In this document: one piece after another, positions 1 to 7,982 of the stretch
How positions within the stretch are numbered: position 1 is the first letter of the stretch
Layout of the letters: each line of letters begins with the position of its first letter
IMG/VR virus record: IMGVR_UViG_2541047794_000003
DNA: 32,443 bases
DNA from: a virus
Taxonomy: Duplodnaviria > Heunggongvirae > Uroviricota > Caudoviricetes
Reading direction: 5' to 3' (one strand)
Translations under genes and position numbers: made by a program
Notes under the pieces: generated by a model
Told to the model about the DNA's origin: nothing
The model's database searches: none
The model's input: only the letters and a program-made list of their open reading frames with translations

Positions 1-1131
1 TCAAATGACCAGTTTTTTCCATTCCTTACCGCGTGCGTCGTTGTAAATATCGGTCATTTTTTGATTCGAATGGCCTAGCAAAATTTTGGTATCAACCCCC
101 TGCTCTCTGAACAATCGCTCTGATAAAGATCTCTGCTCATGGAAAGAGGGTGGGGTGCCATTAGCACGCCAGTTGTAATCCACAGAATCCCGGGCTTTTT
201 TAAATGCAACGGTTAATGTTGCTGGCTTAACCATCCCGCCGCGCTTAGCTGTCCCTTTCGCGTGATGGTGGTGCAATAGCCACGGACTAAGAACGCAATC
301 GCGGCAGGATGACACCACATCATCCAGGGTGAGATTTAATTTATCGCAACGCAGAGCCAGAGGGATGGCAATCCGGGTTCCTGTTTTTTGCTGTTCGACA
401 TGAAGATAACCATCCCGGATATCCGAAAATTGCATTTTGCAAATATCTGAAAGGCGCTGGCCTGTCATCAGTGCCAGCAGCATACCGCGCTGTAAAAAGT
501 AACCATCCTTTTCCGCTGCGTTATAAATCATCATCCACTCATCAAAAGTCAGTCGCTGTCTTGATATCCGCACCTGCGGTTTTTTTGCCGATTCTGCAGG
601 GTTAAAGCCTGGCGGGACATCGCCCGTTTGCTGAGCTTCCCGGAAAACATCGATCAGTACTTTCCTGAAAATTTGTCCCATTCTGTTATGTCCTCTGGCC
701 TTGTACTCTTCCAGTACTGATACCACATCTTTTACGGTTATGGCATCTAACGGTCTGGTGCCAAAACGTTCATCAAATACCCTGAGAGGGGCCGCTTTCT
801 GTTTCAGCGTGTTGAGTTTGATCTCGCCGTTTTCATATCTTTCCTGTTGAATTTTTCTGTAATTATTCAGAAAAATGGTAACGGTTGATGAACCGCCGGT
901 ATCACTAATAATTTTCTCCTGCAGACTGAGCATTTGTTCCATTTGCTGCCGGGCAAGACGGCTGTTCGCTTCTGCTGCAATAGTTTCTGCCAGTTTCTGG
1001 TCAATACTGCCGAGACCGTGATTTTTGCCTGTTATGGGATGCCTGTAACGCCAGTAAACTTTGTTATTTCTTTTGTCAAAATACGGAGATAATCCCGGAA
1101 CATCGGTTTTATATTTTCGCGGGCGCGCCAT
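1..1131 (-). CDS. int: Phage integrase, tyrosine recombinase (lambda Int family)
   Basis: 376-aa ORF; C-terminal ...LLGHSNQKMTDIYNDARGKEW typical of lambda-type integrases; ATG at 1129-1131, stop at 1-3; overlapped at its 5' end by an excisionase-like ORF. Confidence 0.9.
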   Translation of the reverse strand: MARPRKYKTDVPGLSPYFDKRNNKVYWRYRHPITGKNHGLGSIDQKLAETIAAEANSRLARQQMEQMLSLQEKIISDTGGSSTVTIFLNNYRKIQQERYENGEIKLNTLKQKAAPLRVFDERFGTRPLDAITVKDVVSVLEEYKARGHNRMGQIFRKVLIDVFREAQQTGDVPPGFNPAESAKKPQVRISRQRLTFDEWMMIYNAAEKDGYFLQRGMLLALMTGQRLSDICKMQFSDIRDGYLHVEQQKTGTRIAIPLALRCDKLNLTLDDVVSSCRDCVLSPWLLHHHHAKGTAKRGGMVKPATLTVAFKKARDSVDYNWRANGTPPSFHEQRSLSERLFREQGVDTKILLGHSNQKMTDIYNDARGKEWKKLVI

Positions 1132-1357
1132 CTTCCAGTATCCTCTTCAAAGCAGGGTGATCTGTGGCGATCACCTCCGGCTTGTTTACCATTCCGACAA
1201 AGCGAGCTTGCGGATCCACTCGCCAGCGTCTTCCAACTTTTTTGGGGAGAGGAAATATCATTCCGGCTTTAGCGTATTTACTTAACGTACTCGGAGTAGG
1301 GACCGGTTCACTGAATTCCTCTTTTGCCCACTCAGTGAGCAGAATAAGTCTTGCCAT
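1109..1357 (-). CDS. xis: Excisionase-like small DNA-binding protein
   Basis: 82-aa ORF immediately upstream of and overlapping int start (classic xis-int arrangement); basic small protein. Confidence 0.65.
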   Translation of the reverse strand: MARLILLTEWAKEEFSEPVPTPSTLSKYAKAGMIFPLPKKVGRRWRVDPQARFVGMVNKPEVIATDHPALKRILEDGAPAKI

Positions 1358-1421
1358 GAGCGTCGTTCGCTAATCATGGTCGCCGCCACTATAGCTGGTG
1401 GGCAACGACCGGGGTTGAACA

Positions 1422-3893
1422 TTAAAAATCAGCCTGATTCGGGATCAGTTTTTGCCAGATAACTGAAACGTATTTTGCCTGGTAACGGGCGTCATCAAGT
1501 GCATTATGGCGCTCACCTTCGAATGGAATAGCCGTTCTGGCATCGAAGTCTATGGCTTTCCCCAGCTCAACGATTGTGCGTACATCGCGATCGTTGTAGT
1601 AACGCCATGGGCAGGGGATCCCCTGCCGTTCGTATGAACGGCGCAAAATCGTGTTGTCGAAGTTGGCTCCATTTCCCCAGACCTGAACAAAAAATTCGCC
1701 GGAGTTTTCGTCGATAAATTCCCGCAATTGCAGCAGTGCATCATCTAACGGGATTTCATCGGTCAGAATGGCAGATTGCGCCTCCCGTGATTGCTTAAGC
1801 CACCATTTAATGGTGCCACGATCAATGACTCCGCCAGCAGTATCCATATCGATGGTCTTACTAAATTCCGGCCCCATATCTCCGGTTTGCGGATCGAAAA
1901 ATATTGCACCTATTGAGATAAGCGGGGCATCGGGATTTTTTCCCATGGTTTCAAGGTTGATCATCATGTGGTGCCACATTCTGCTGGTGGATGTGATAAC
2001 GTGATGACCGTTCATCGCAATTAAGGGATCTGCCGTCTCGCCAGTTTCACTATCGCTGGCGTGATCCTGAGCGCTACCAGCATTCTCCTTGTGTGGATGT
2101 TCAGCGCCTTCCATTTCCTTCGGATCATTTTCCTGAACTTCAACCTGATTCTCTTCATCGAATGTTTCCTGGTATGTTGCGTCGCCCATTACCGCGCCAC
2201 AATCAGGGCAGTTGCCACCACCGCTTTGACCGCAGGCGGTGCAGACTTTTTCCGGTTCCTGTTGCGCTACTGGCTCAGGTTGTTTCGTTTCTGGCTCGTT
2301 TTGTAACGCATTTGGGCTGTTTTGTTCCGCTTTCTGGCCGTTCTGTTCCGTTTCTTGTTGGTTCTGATTCACTGAATCGCGGGTTTCAATCCCCTTCACC
2401 CATTTCGGATCATTCGGGTCGCTAATCCCTGCAACAAATTCACCACGTGATACAGCAAGCAACTTATTGGCGTCAGGCTGGCTGATATTGGCTGCCTGCA
2501 TAATTTTGTTTACTTCGTCAGCGGTAACTTTTACCGGCTCTGGTTGTGCGATCGTGTCAGATGCACCAGTATTTTGTTGTGAACCTGAGTATGTACTGTT
2601 TTTGCGGGCGAAATATTCTTCTTTCGTGATTTCAGTAGCCCCAGCAGACAGCGCCTTATCCAGACCAGAAAGTTTGTTTGCGCGACCGTATTTTTCGCCA
2701 TCCTTGTCGGTGAAGAGGAAGTAGAACGGCCCCTCACGTTCTACAGATGGTTCGACTTCCACTTTGCATTCGGTTTTTTCGTTGTCCGGAATTGCCGTTT
2801 CCACTGCATCAGTTTCTGGTACTGGCGACGAGAGAGTATCAGTTGCGCTCTGATTTGTTCCTTCATCTTCAAACACGCCCTTTGTAGTCAGGTATTCAGT
2901 AATGTATTTGTTCAGTGCCACAGGGTCTTTGTGAATGTCGATCGGACGTTCACGGACAAGGCCAAAAATAGTCTGGCGGTCGTAGCGAAGGGCATCAGGC
3001 TGTTTGCGCATTGATGCCGAGATACGCTTCCAGTCTTCGCGGTCGTTGTCGATAACTTCATTTTTTGCCCAGCGATGGATGCTGCCGTCAATGTTTCCGG
3101 CATCCACATCACCAGGCCAGAGAGCGTAGGCCAGTTCGTCATCCAGTGTTTTCCATGTCTGCTTGTATTCGCGATGAATGGCAGCAATGACCGGGTTGAT
3201 TTTTCCTGTTGAATTTTCAGTGTGCTGTTGATTGGCTCTGGCGCGGGCGAGATCAACAACAGACGTGTATTTTCCGGCTTCCTTGCGTTCACCTTCGCGA
3301 CGTTTTTTCCAGATGCGCATCTCTGCCTGAATTTCGGGCCATTTGGCACCAGGCTTACATTTATGCTTAACCCACCCGATGGCATGCAGCTTAAGCTCCG
3401 GATACATGGCGTTAACTTCTGGCATTTTCATCAACGCTTCAACGATATGTCCGTCGAATGTTGCCATGTCTTCCTGCAACAATTCCTGTGCGCTAATAAC
3501 CATATCAACGGTGATGTTTTCACATGTGTCGAACTTAACCATGACAGCGTTCTGTACTTCAGGGGCCAGCTTGTCAAAAGTGACGTTCATCGGATCGGAT
3601 TCAGTCTCAACCGGGACAAAGGAAGCAGACTCCTCATCCCAGCGGTTTTCCTGCATATATTCAGCATCCCAGGAATCGAGGGCAGGGCGGGGTATACCGG
3701 GTTTATCCTCGCAGACAAGAAATTTATAAGCGCAGTCCTGAGCAGCCGGATAATGCTCCAGGAATTGCCAGTGAAATTTTGCGCGGGCGCGACGTTCATC
3801 ACCGGCTTCAATGGCAGTGGCTACAGCGACGGCACCTTCTTCCTTTATTGCCTGTTCGTCCGGAATGGCGGCGCAAATAAAGACTTTACTCAT
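1422..3893 (-). CDS. Large prophage exonuclease (exodeoxyribonuclease VIII-like annotation class); C-terminal DEDDh/DnaQ-like 3'-5' exonuclease domain, central acidic linker with CxxC...CxxC zinc ribbon
   Basis: 823-aa ORF; C-terminal ~200 aa ending ...HNALDDARYQAKYV (DnaQ-like motif III); CTACGQSGGGNCPDCG zinc-ribbon motif; GAGGT SD upstream of ATG at 3891-3893. Confidence 0.7.
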   Translation of the reverse strand: MSKVFICAAIPDEQAIKEEGAVAVATAIEAGDERRARAKFHWQFLEHYPAAQDCAYKFLVCEDKPGIPRPALDSWDAEYMQENRWDEESASFVPVETESDPMNVTFDKLAPEVQNAVMVKFDTCENITVDMVISAQELLQEDMATFDGHIVEALMKMPEVNAMYPELKLHAIGWVKHKCKPGAKWPEIQAEMRIWKKRREGERKEAGKYTSVVDLARARANQQHTENSTGKINPVIAAIHREYKQTWKTLDDELAYALWPGDVDAGNIDGSIHRWAKNEVIDNDREDWKRISASMRKQPDALRYDRQTIFGLVRERPIDIHKDPVALNKYITEYLTTKGVFEDEGTNQSATDTLSSPVPETDAVETAIPDNEKTECKVEVEPSVEREGPFYFLFTDKDGEKYGRANKLSGLDKALSAGATEITKEEYFARKNSTYSGSQQNTGASDTIAQPEPVKVTADEVNKIMQAANISQPDANKLLAVSRGEFVAGISDPNDPKWVKGIETRDSVNQNQQETEQNGQKAEQNSPNALQNEPETKQPEPVAQQEPEKVCTACGQSGGGNCPDCGAVMGDATYQETFDEENQVEVQENDPKEMEGAEHPHKENAGSAQDHASDSETGETADPLIAMNGHHVITSTSRMWHHMMINLETMGKNPDAPLISIGAIFFDPQTGDMGPEFSKTIDMDTAGGVIDRGTIKWWLKQSREAQSAILTDEIPLDDALLQLREFIDENSGEFFVQVWGNGANFDNTILRRSYERQGIPCPWRYYNDRDVRTIVELGKAIDFDARTAIPFEGERHNALDDARYQAKYVSVIWQKLIPNQADF

Positions 3894-3985
3894 TTTGTTT
3901 TACCTCATTACAGATTTAAGGGTGAACAAATCCCTGCCATTGCTGGCATATAAGAATGAAACCGGATATTTATTACGGAACTGTT

Positions 3986-4177
3986 TTAAAGACCTGCCGG
4001 GATTTCGTTATTGTCCATGTGAATAACTTTATCGACCGGATAACAGTTGCCGGGAATTTTCTGTTCCGCTGCGGCAGCCATGCATTCTTTCATTGAGTTG
4101 TACATGCCGGTGATTGCATCAAGCGACTCACCAGTATTGAGATGTACAGTCAGAATGAGTACGAATAATGTGTTCAT
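3986..4177 (-). CDS. Small hypothetical protein with hydrophobic N-terminus (possible secreted/membrane peptide)
   Basis: ATG at 4175-4177 preceded by GGAGAG SD; the six-frame track start at 4183 is a GTG; ATGA overlap with upstream gene stop (translational coupling). Confidence 0.4.
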   Translation of the reverse strand: MNTLFVLILTVHLNTGESLDAITGMYNSMKECMAAAAEQKIPGNCYPVDKVIHMDNNEIPAGL

Positions 4178-4362
4178 CGCCACTCTCCGAAAATACCGAG
4201 TTTAAGAAGGGCAATTCTGGAGAGTATGGAATTGTCATTCAGCAGGTAGGGTTCATATTTTCTCATTTTGATTGCATCCTCGGTGAAATCCCTGTTACTG
4301 AGCAGAACACCAATATTAAAGCACCCGTCAGACGTATTAACGTTTGGTAGTGACGTTTCCAT
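4174..4362 (-). CDS. Hypothetical small protein
   Basis: 62-aa ORF with GAGGA SD 8 nt upstream of ATG (4360-4362); stop overlaps the downstream start (ATGA). Confidence 0.4.
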   Translation of the reverse strand: METSLPNVNTSDGCFNIGVLLSNRDFTEDAIKMRKYEPYLLNDNSILSRIALLKLGIFGEWR

Positions 4363-4372
4363 TATCGCGTCC

Positions 4373-4930
4373 TCAACTATGAATTTTTAGCAATTGCTCC
4401 ACAGTCATATTTTTAATTGCGCTCCGGTTTACAAGAGTCCATCCTTGTTTCTCCAGATAAAACCGGAAGGTATCCAGGGTGCAGACCATTGCGCCGTCAG
4501 GAACGGTTTCAGTGAATTTGATATTGCCGTGTTCGTCGAGACGGATAACCAGGGTGCGTCCGTCCCCGTGAATCATTTTGTCGGGAGACGGGGCGTTATT
4601 CTGGCGCAGTTCAGCTTCCATGCGGTCGAACTCAGCAATGTATGCCTCTTTAAATGCAGCGGCTTTTTTGCCAGTGAAGCCCATCACCAGGAAAACGAAG
4701 CCGTTTTTGGTGATTTGGTACATTGGGAGTTTGCGCCCGGTTGAGTCGGTGTATTCGCTCGACACAAAATTGTGCTCAGTGAATTTTGCTGAACAGTCCA
4801 GATTGCGAATTTTATCCAACACTCGTTCGTGGCGTTTGCCAAAGAACTCGGCGATCGCAACAGACGTAGTGACAGCGCGACCATTTTCGATGGTTACGTC
4901 AGGGTGAGAAAGGGTAAGGATAGTAGCCAT
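4373..4930 (-). CDS. Phage regulatory protein, Rha family (antirepressor-like)
   Basis: Motif TTSVAIAEFFGKRHERVLDKIRNL characteristic of Rha N-terminal domain; start placed at internal ATG 4928-4930 with GGAGG SD; the longer track ORF to 5227 would run through a terminator. Confidence 0.7.
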   Translation of the reverse strand: MATILTLSHPDVTIENGRAVTTSVAIAEFFGKRHERVLDKIRNLDCSAKFTEHNFVSSEYTDSTGRKLPMYQITKNGFVFLVMGFTGKKAAAFKEAYIAEFDRMEAELRQNNAPSPDKMIHGDGRTLVIRLDEHGNIKFTETVPDGAMVCTLDTFRFYLEKQGWTLVNRSAIKNMTVEQLLKIHS

Positions 4931-5097
4931 GATGGCAGCCTCCGCGATGAATTTGATTAACTCACCACCGAGGTTTTCCACGACCATAAGGGTGGTGAGA
5001 CGTACAGGGGTGGAAATACCGGTCATCACGGAACCCGGCCAGCCTTGCGGCTGCCCTGCACGCCCCACCATAATGCGAATGTGGCTGTGCTTAACGC

Positions 5098-5122
5098 ATA
5101 AAAAAACCGCCTGAGCGCGGTT
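5098..5122 (-). terminator. Rho-independent terminator (minus strand) in early-left operon
   Basis: Perfect 6-bp stem AACCGC/GCGGTT with 6-nt loop followed (on minus strand) by a U-run; lies upstream of the Rha gene. Confidence 0.5.
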
Positions 5123-5799
5123 ATGCGCCGTGAATGATTTCGGGTTTCCACGCCCGGCACCCGTTTTATGAGGTGCAGGTGCACTATAATTCCACCCGTT
5201 CTGGTTTTCAATAGCTACATTCAACATTTTCTCTCACCTTTTCAGCGGAGTGAACTTTGTGATGCAGTGCCTGGTGCCTCCAGGTGACGTTAACCAGTTA
5301 ACAATTAACGCCGGATACAGAGAATCCACCCATAACACTGTTTTTGGTTTTAACTGTTCCGCGTGCGCTGAGCCGCATTCACCGCATCACAAAATTCACT
5401 TTAAAAAGGGCGGCAGAGCAGTCACGGAGTAAAACTGATACCGCCAAACGTCACCAGAAAATTGATAACAGAGGGCGTTGCAGCGGGGTTGTCACTTAAG
5501 CGTATGGTCAACCTGACAACCCGGTGTCCTCAACGGGGGAAGGAATAACCCCGCCATACTTACCGCCGCGCCATTTCGCGGATTGCCACAACCGGAAGCG
5601 CACGGTCGACGAAAATTTAACGACAGGCTATCTATGAACCAGCTACCTCGCCGTGCGCTTTCGCGTTATGGTCTGACTTTTCAGGGAAATATCCTTTCAG
5701 TAAACTGTCAGTGCCGGATTCTTATCCGTGTCCGGCGCACGACCACACGCTGTCACGAGAGGTCTCCATTCTCAACCAGTAACCTCAATGGAGGATAAA

Positions 5800-5994
5800 A
5801 TGTCAGAGCAGGAGTTAAAACTTGGTGCATGTTATTGTGTTCTCAAGGAGCTGGTACACATGCTTCCATCTACTCAGTATCAACAGTTAGTTGGCAATTT
5901 AAATCAGCGAATCGAAGCTATGTTAAAATCTGATGGTTTTAATAACGTAGAAACGCTGATGCTAAAAAGATATCTTGATGGATTAATCAGATAA
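5800..5994 (+). CDS. Hypothetical 64-aa protein on the opposite strand to the early-left genes
   Basis: ATG at 5800 with GGAGG SD 5 nt upstream; converges on and overlaps 3' end of minus-strand gene 5983..6333. Confidence 0.45.
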   Translation: MSEQELKLGACYCVLKELVHMLPSTQYQQLVGNLNQRIEAMLKSDGFNNVETLMLKRYLDGLIR

Positions 5995-6333
5995 CATTTT
6001 TTTACGGCGTTCATATTCGTTAATATTTATGAAGCCTGTTGCCAGAAGCAGTTCGTTAATTTCATGGTTGTTTGGCTGTTTCTGGCTCTTTGAACTGGGA
6101 TCTTCCACTTCTTTTTCTGCAAATTGTTTTGCTGTATCCTCTGTGCCATGGATATTTAAAGCTGTATCTGAAAACAGCCCAGTAAACGCATCGCGCACAT
6201 TACGAGCCATATTATCAGTGTCTTTTTTTGTTACCGATTCCAATTCAAGTTCGTTCAGACGATGACGAAGTGTGTGTGCTGCAATCTCCTGGATTGAAGG
6301 AGGTAAATCTTTAAATTCCATCGTCAACCTCAT
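5983..6333 (-). CDS. Hypothetical acidic protein
   Basis: 116-aa ORF; start codon 6331-6333 overlaps stop of upstream gene (TGATG coupling); an alternative start 12 nt downstream has a GAGGT SD. Confidence 0.45.
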   Translation of the reverse strand: MRLTMEFKDLPPSIQEIAAHTLRHRLNELELESVTKKDTDNMARNVRDAFTGLFSDTALNIHGTEDTAKQFAEKEVEDPSSKSQKQPNNHEINELLLATGFININEYERRKKMLSD

Positions 6334-6485
6334 CAGTCAGTGTTTCTGGCTAACCAGCGACGCGCGCCAGCTGCGGTTTTAAACGTTTTGCTTTTGGTAT
6401 ACGTCATCGCGGTGAACGTACCGTCCTGGTTTGGGAACACACCACATACCAGAGATTCGCTGTTGCCAAGATCGATAGTATCCAT
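6333..6485 (-). CDS. Small protein resembling Rac prophage YdaF (DUF1391-like), first gene of leftward operon
   Basis: 50-aa reading frame MDTIDLGN...ARRWLARNTD from internal ATG (6483-6485) with GAGGT SD; sequence resemblance to YdaF is from memory; longer track ORF to 6566 lacks an SD. Confidence 0.5.
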   Translation of the reverse strand: MDTIDLGNSESLVCGVFPNQDGTFTAMTYTKSKTFKTAAGARRWLARNTD

Positions 6486-6671
6486 GCTGACCTCATTTCC
6501 CCTTAACGCCGGGGTAGCGGAACAAAAACCTGCTGCATAGTTATTAAAGTTGAACCCTGCCGTCATGTTCTTACGCCTCGGGCTGGCTACTTAACCCCTG
6601 ACCACTGCCTGGTAACTCGAAGTATTGCCCTGCATTCTGTGGGGCGGGGTGGGTTGGTATGAAAAGAAGGA

Positions 6672-6708
6672 TACCCATAGGTATTTAAAAAGTAAATACC
6701 CATGGGTA
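6672..6708. promoter_or_regulatory. OL-like operator pair: two TACC-N4-GGTA palindromes overlapping a leftward promoter
   Basis: tacccataggta (6672-6683) and perfect palindrome tacccatgggta (6697-6708), 25 bp centre to centre, just downstream of the repressor gene stop. Confidence 0.55.
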
Positions 6709-6749
6709 AATTTTGCGGTGTCTTAACTGGTGACTAGTTGTTTGGTGAG

Positions 6750-7169
6750 CTATGATGCGTTTTGTGCTTTCTTTTTACGGATTTCTTCGTAGATCATATT
6801 GTAATACTGTTTTTTCTCTTCAAGAGTTTTTAATAATTTATCCGCTTCACTTTCTGGCAGTTCGTCTAAGAGATCTAAAAAAATACGTTGTCGTGGCGTT
6901 AGAACCCTTGTTTCATAACTGGAGGCTGTGTTCGTTGATGATGAAACGATACCATCCATCCATCCCCGGGGTAACCCAAAGGACTCTTCGATAATCTCCA
7001 CCATATCATCAGCGATCCGTTTTTTTCCCTTTTTCCCCTCTGGGTACAACATTCTTGATACATAAGAAGGCTCGCGCCCGATCTTTCTGGCCACGTTAAC
7101 CGCTTTACCATCGCATTTCTCATCACGAATTTTGATGAGTTGCTGTCGTCTAAATTCATATTTGTCCAT
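6750..7169 (-). CDS. Prophage repressor (CI analogue), HTH_XRE type without S24 peptidase domain (RacR-like)
   Basis: 139-aa ORF with HTH segment AVNVARKIGREPSYVSRM; divergent from a Cro-like gene; flanked by operator palindromes on both sides. Confidence 0.75.
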   Translation of the reverse strand: MDKYEFRRQQLIKIRDEKCDGKAVNVARKIGREPSYVSRMLYPEGKKGKKRIADDMVEIIEESFGLPRGWMDGIVSSSTNTASSYETRVLTPRQRIFLDLLDELPESEADKLLKTLEEKKQYYNMIYEEIRKKKAQNAS

Positions 7170-7189
7170 AGGTAAATAATAGATGCGAT

Positions 7190-7245
7190 TACCGCAAGGT
7201 AAACAACCTGTGGGTATTGACTTTTGTTTACCTGTGGGTATTCTT
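7190..7245. promoter_or_regulatory. OR-like operator region with three TACC-N4-GGTA sites overlapping rightward promoter
   Basis: taccgcaaggta (7190-7201), aacctgtgggta (7205-7216), tacctgtgggta (7229-7240); -35 TTGACT at 7217-7222 and -10-like TATTCT at 7239-7244 between sites. Confidence 0.55.
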
Positions 7246-7269
7246 TGCTGTGTTTACTAAGGAGTAGCT

Positions 7270-7551
7270 ATGGAAGAATTAAGAATATTTCTCAATTCTC
7301 TTTCGTCAGATGAACAGCGTATGTTTGCATGCGAGTGTGGTACCAGCATCGGTTATCTAAGAAAGGCATTGAGTAAAGGTCAAGTGTTAGGGGCATCGTT
7401 ATGTGTCCTTATTGAGCGAGCCAGTAATGGTGAAGTTACACGTCAGCAACTAAGGCCTTTTGATTGGATGAATATTTGGCCCGAGCTGGAAGATACCAAA
7501 ACGTTAACACAACCACTTTCTAGGAGCTTGATTCATGAAAATCAAGCATGA
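7270..7551 (+). CDS. ydaS: Cro-like HTH regulator of the YdaS family
   Basis: 93-aa ORF, AGGAG SD, HTH TSIGYLRKALSKGQ; position and size match Rac YdaS; 17-bp overlap with next gene. Confidence 0.7.
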   Translation: MEELRIFLNSLSSDEQRMFACECGTSIGYLRKALSKGQVLGASLCVLIERASNGEVTRQQLRPFDWMNIWPELEDTKTLTQPLSRSLIHENQA

Positions 7552-7960
7552 ACACATCCGCATGGCGATGAATGCCTGGGCGCGTCCTGATGGCGAAAAA
7601 GTTCCAGCAGCTGGAATAACCCAGGCTTATTTTGAGTTGGGTATGACGTTCCCAGAACTGTATGACGACAGCCATCCGGAAGCCCTGGCTCGCAATACCC
7701 AGAAAATTTTCCGCTGGGTAGAGAAAGACACCCCTGATGCTGTTGAAAAAATGCAGGCTCTGTTACCGGCGATCGAAAAGGCGATGCCGCCTTTGCTGGT
7801 GGCCCGTATGCGCAGCCACAGTTCTGAATATTACCGTGAGATCGTCGAACGGAGGGATCGGCTGGTGAAGGATGTCGATGATTTTGTTGCGTCAGCGGTT
7901 GTTTTGTATGACCAGATGAATCGCGGCGGCCCGGCAGGGAATGCTGTGGTGATGCACTAA
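7535..7960 (+). CDS. ydaT: YdaT-like protein (CII-position gene of Rac-type immunity region)
   Basis: 141-aa ORF starting MKIKHEHI..., immediately downstream of and overlapping ydaS-like gene. Confidence 0.65.
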   Translation: MKIKHEHIRMAMNAWARPDGEKVPAAGITQAYFELGMTFPELYDDSHPEALARNTQKIFRWVEKDTPDAVEKMQALLPAIEKAMPPLLVARMRSHSSEYYREIVERRDRLVKDVDDFVASAVVLYDQMNRGGPAGNAVVMH

Positions 7961-7982
7961 AAGCACGGTGTTCGGGGGTTTT

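Noticed and set aside
2912-3953. Alternative-frame ORFs (2912..3385 minus, 3222..3953 plus, 3343..3729 plus) within the exonuclease gene
   Set aside because: All lie within the 823-aa gene, which has an SD, a continuous frame and a recognisable C-terminal domain; the others are frame shadows.
4931-5227. N-terminal 99-codon extension of the Rha-family ORF (track ORF 4373..5227)
   Set aside because: The extension runs through a clear intrinsic terminator hairpin (5098-5122) and lacks an SD, whereas the internal ATG at 4930 has a GGAGG SD and starts exactly where Rha-family similarity begins.
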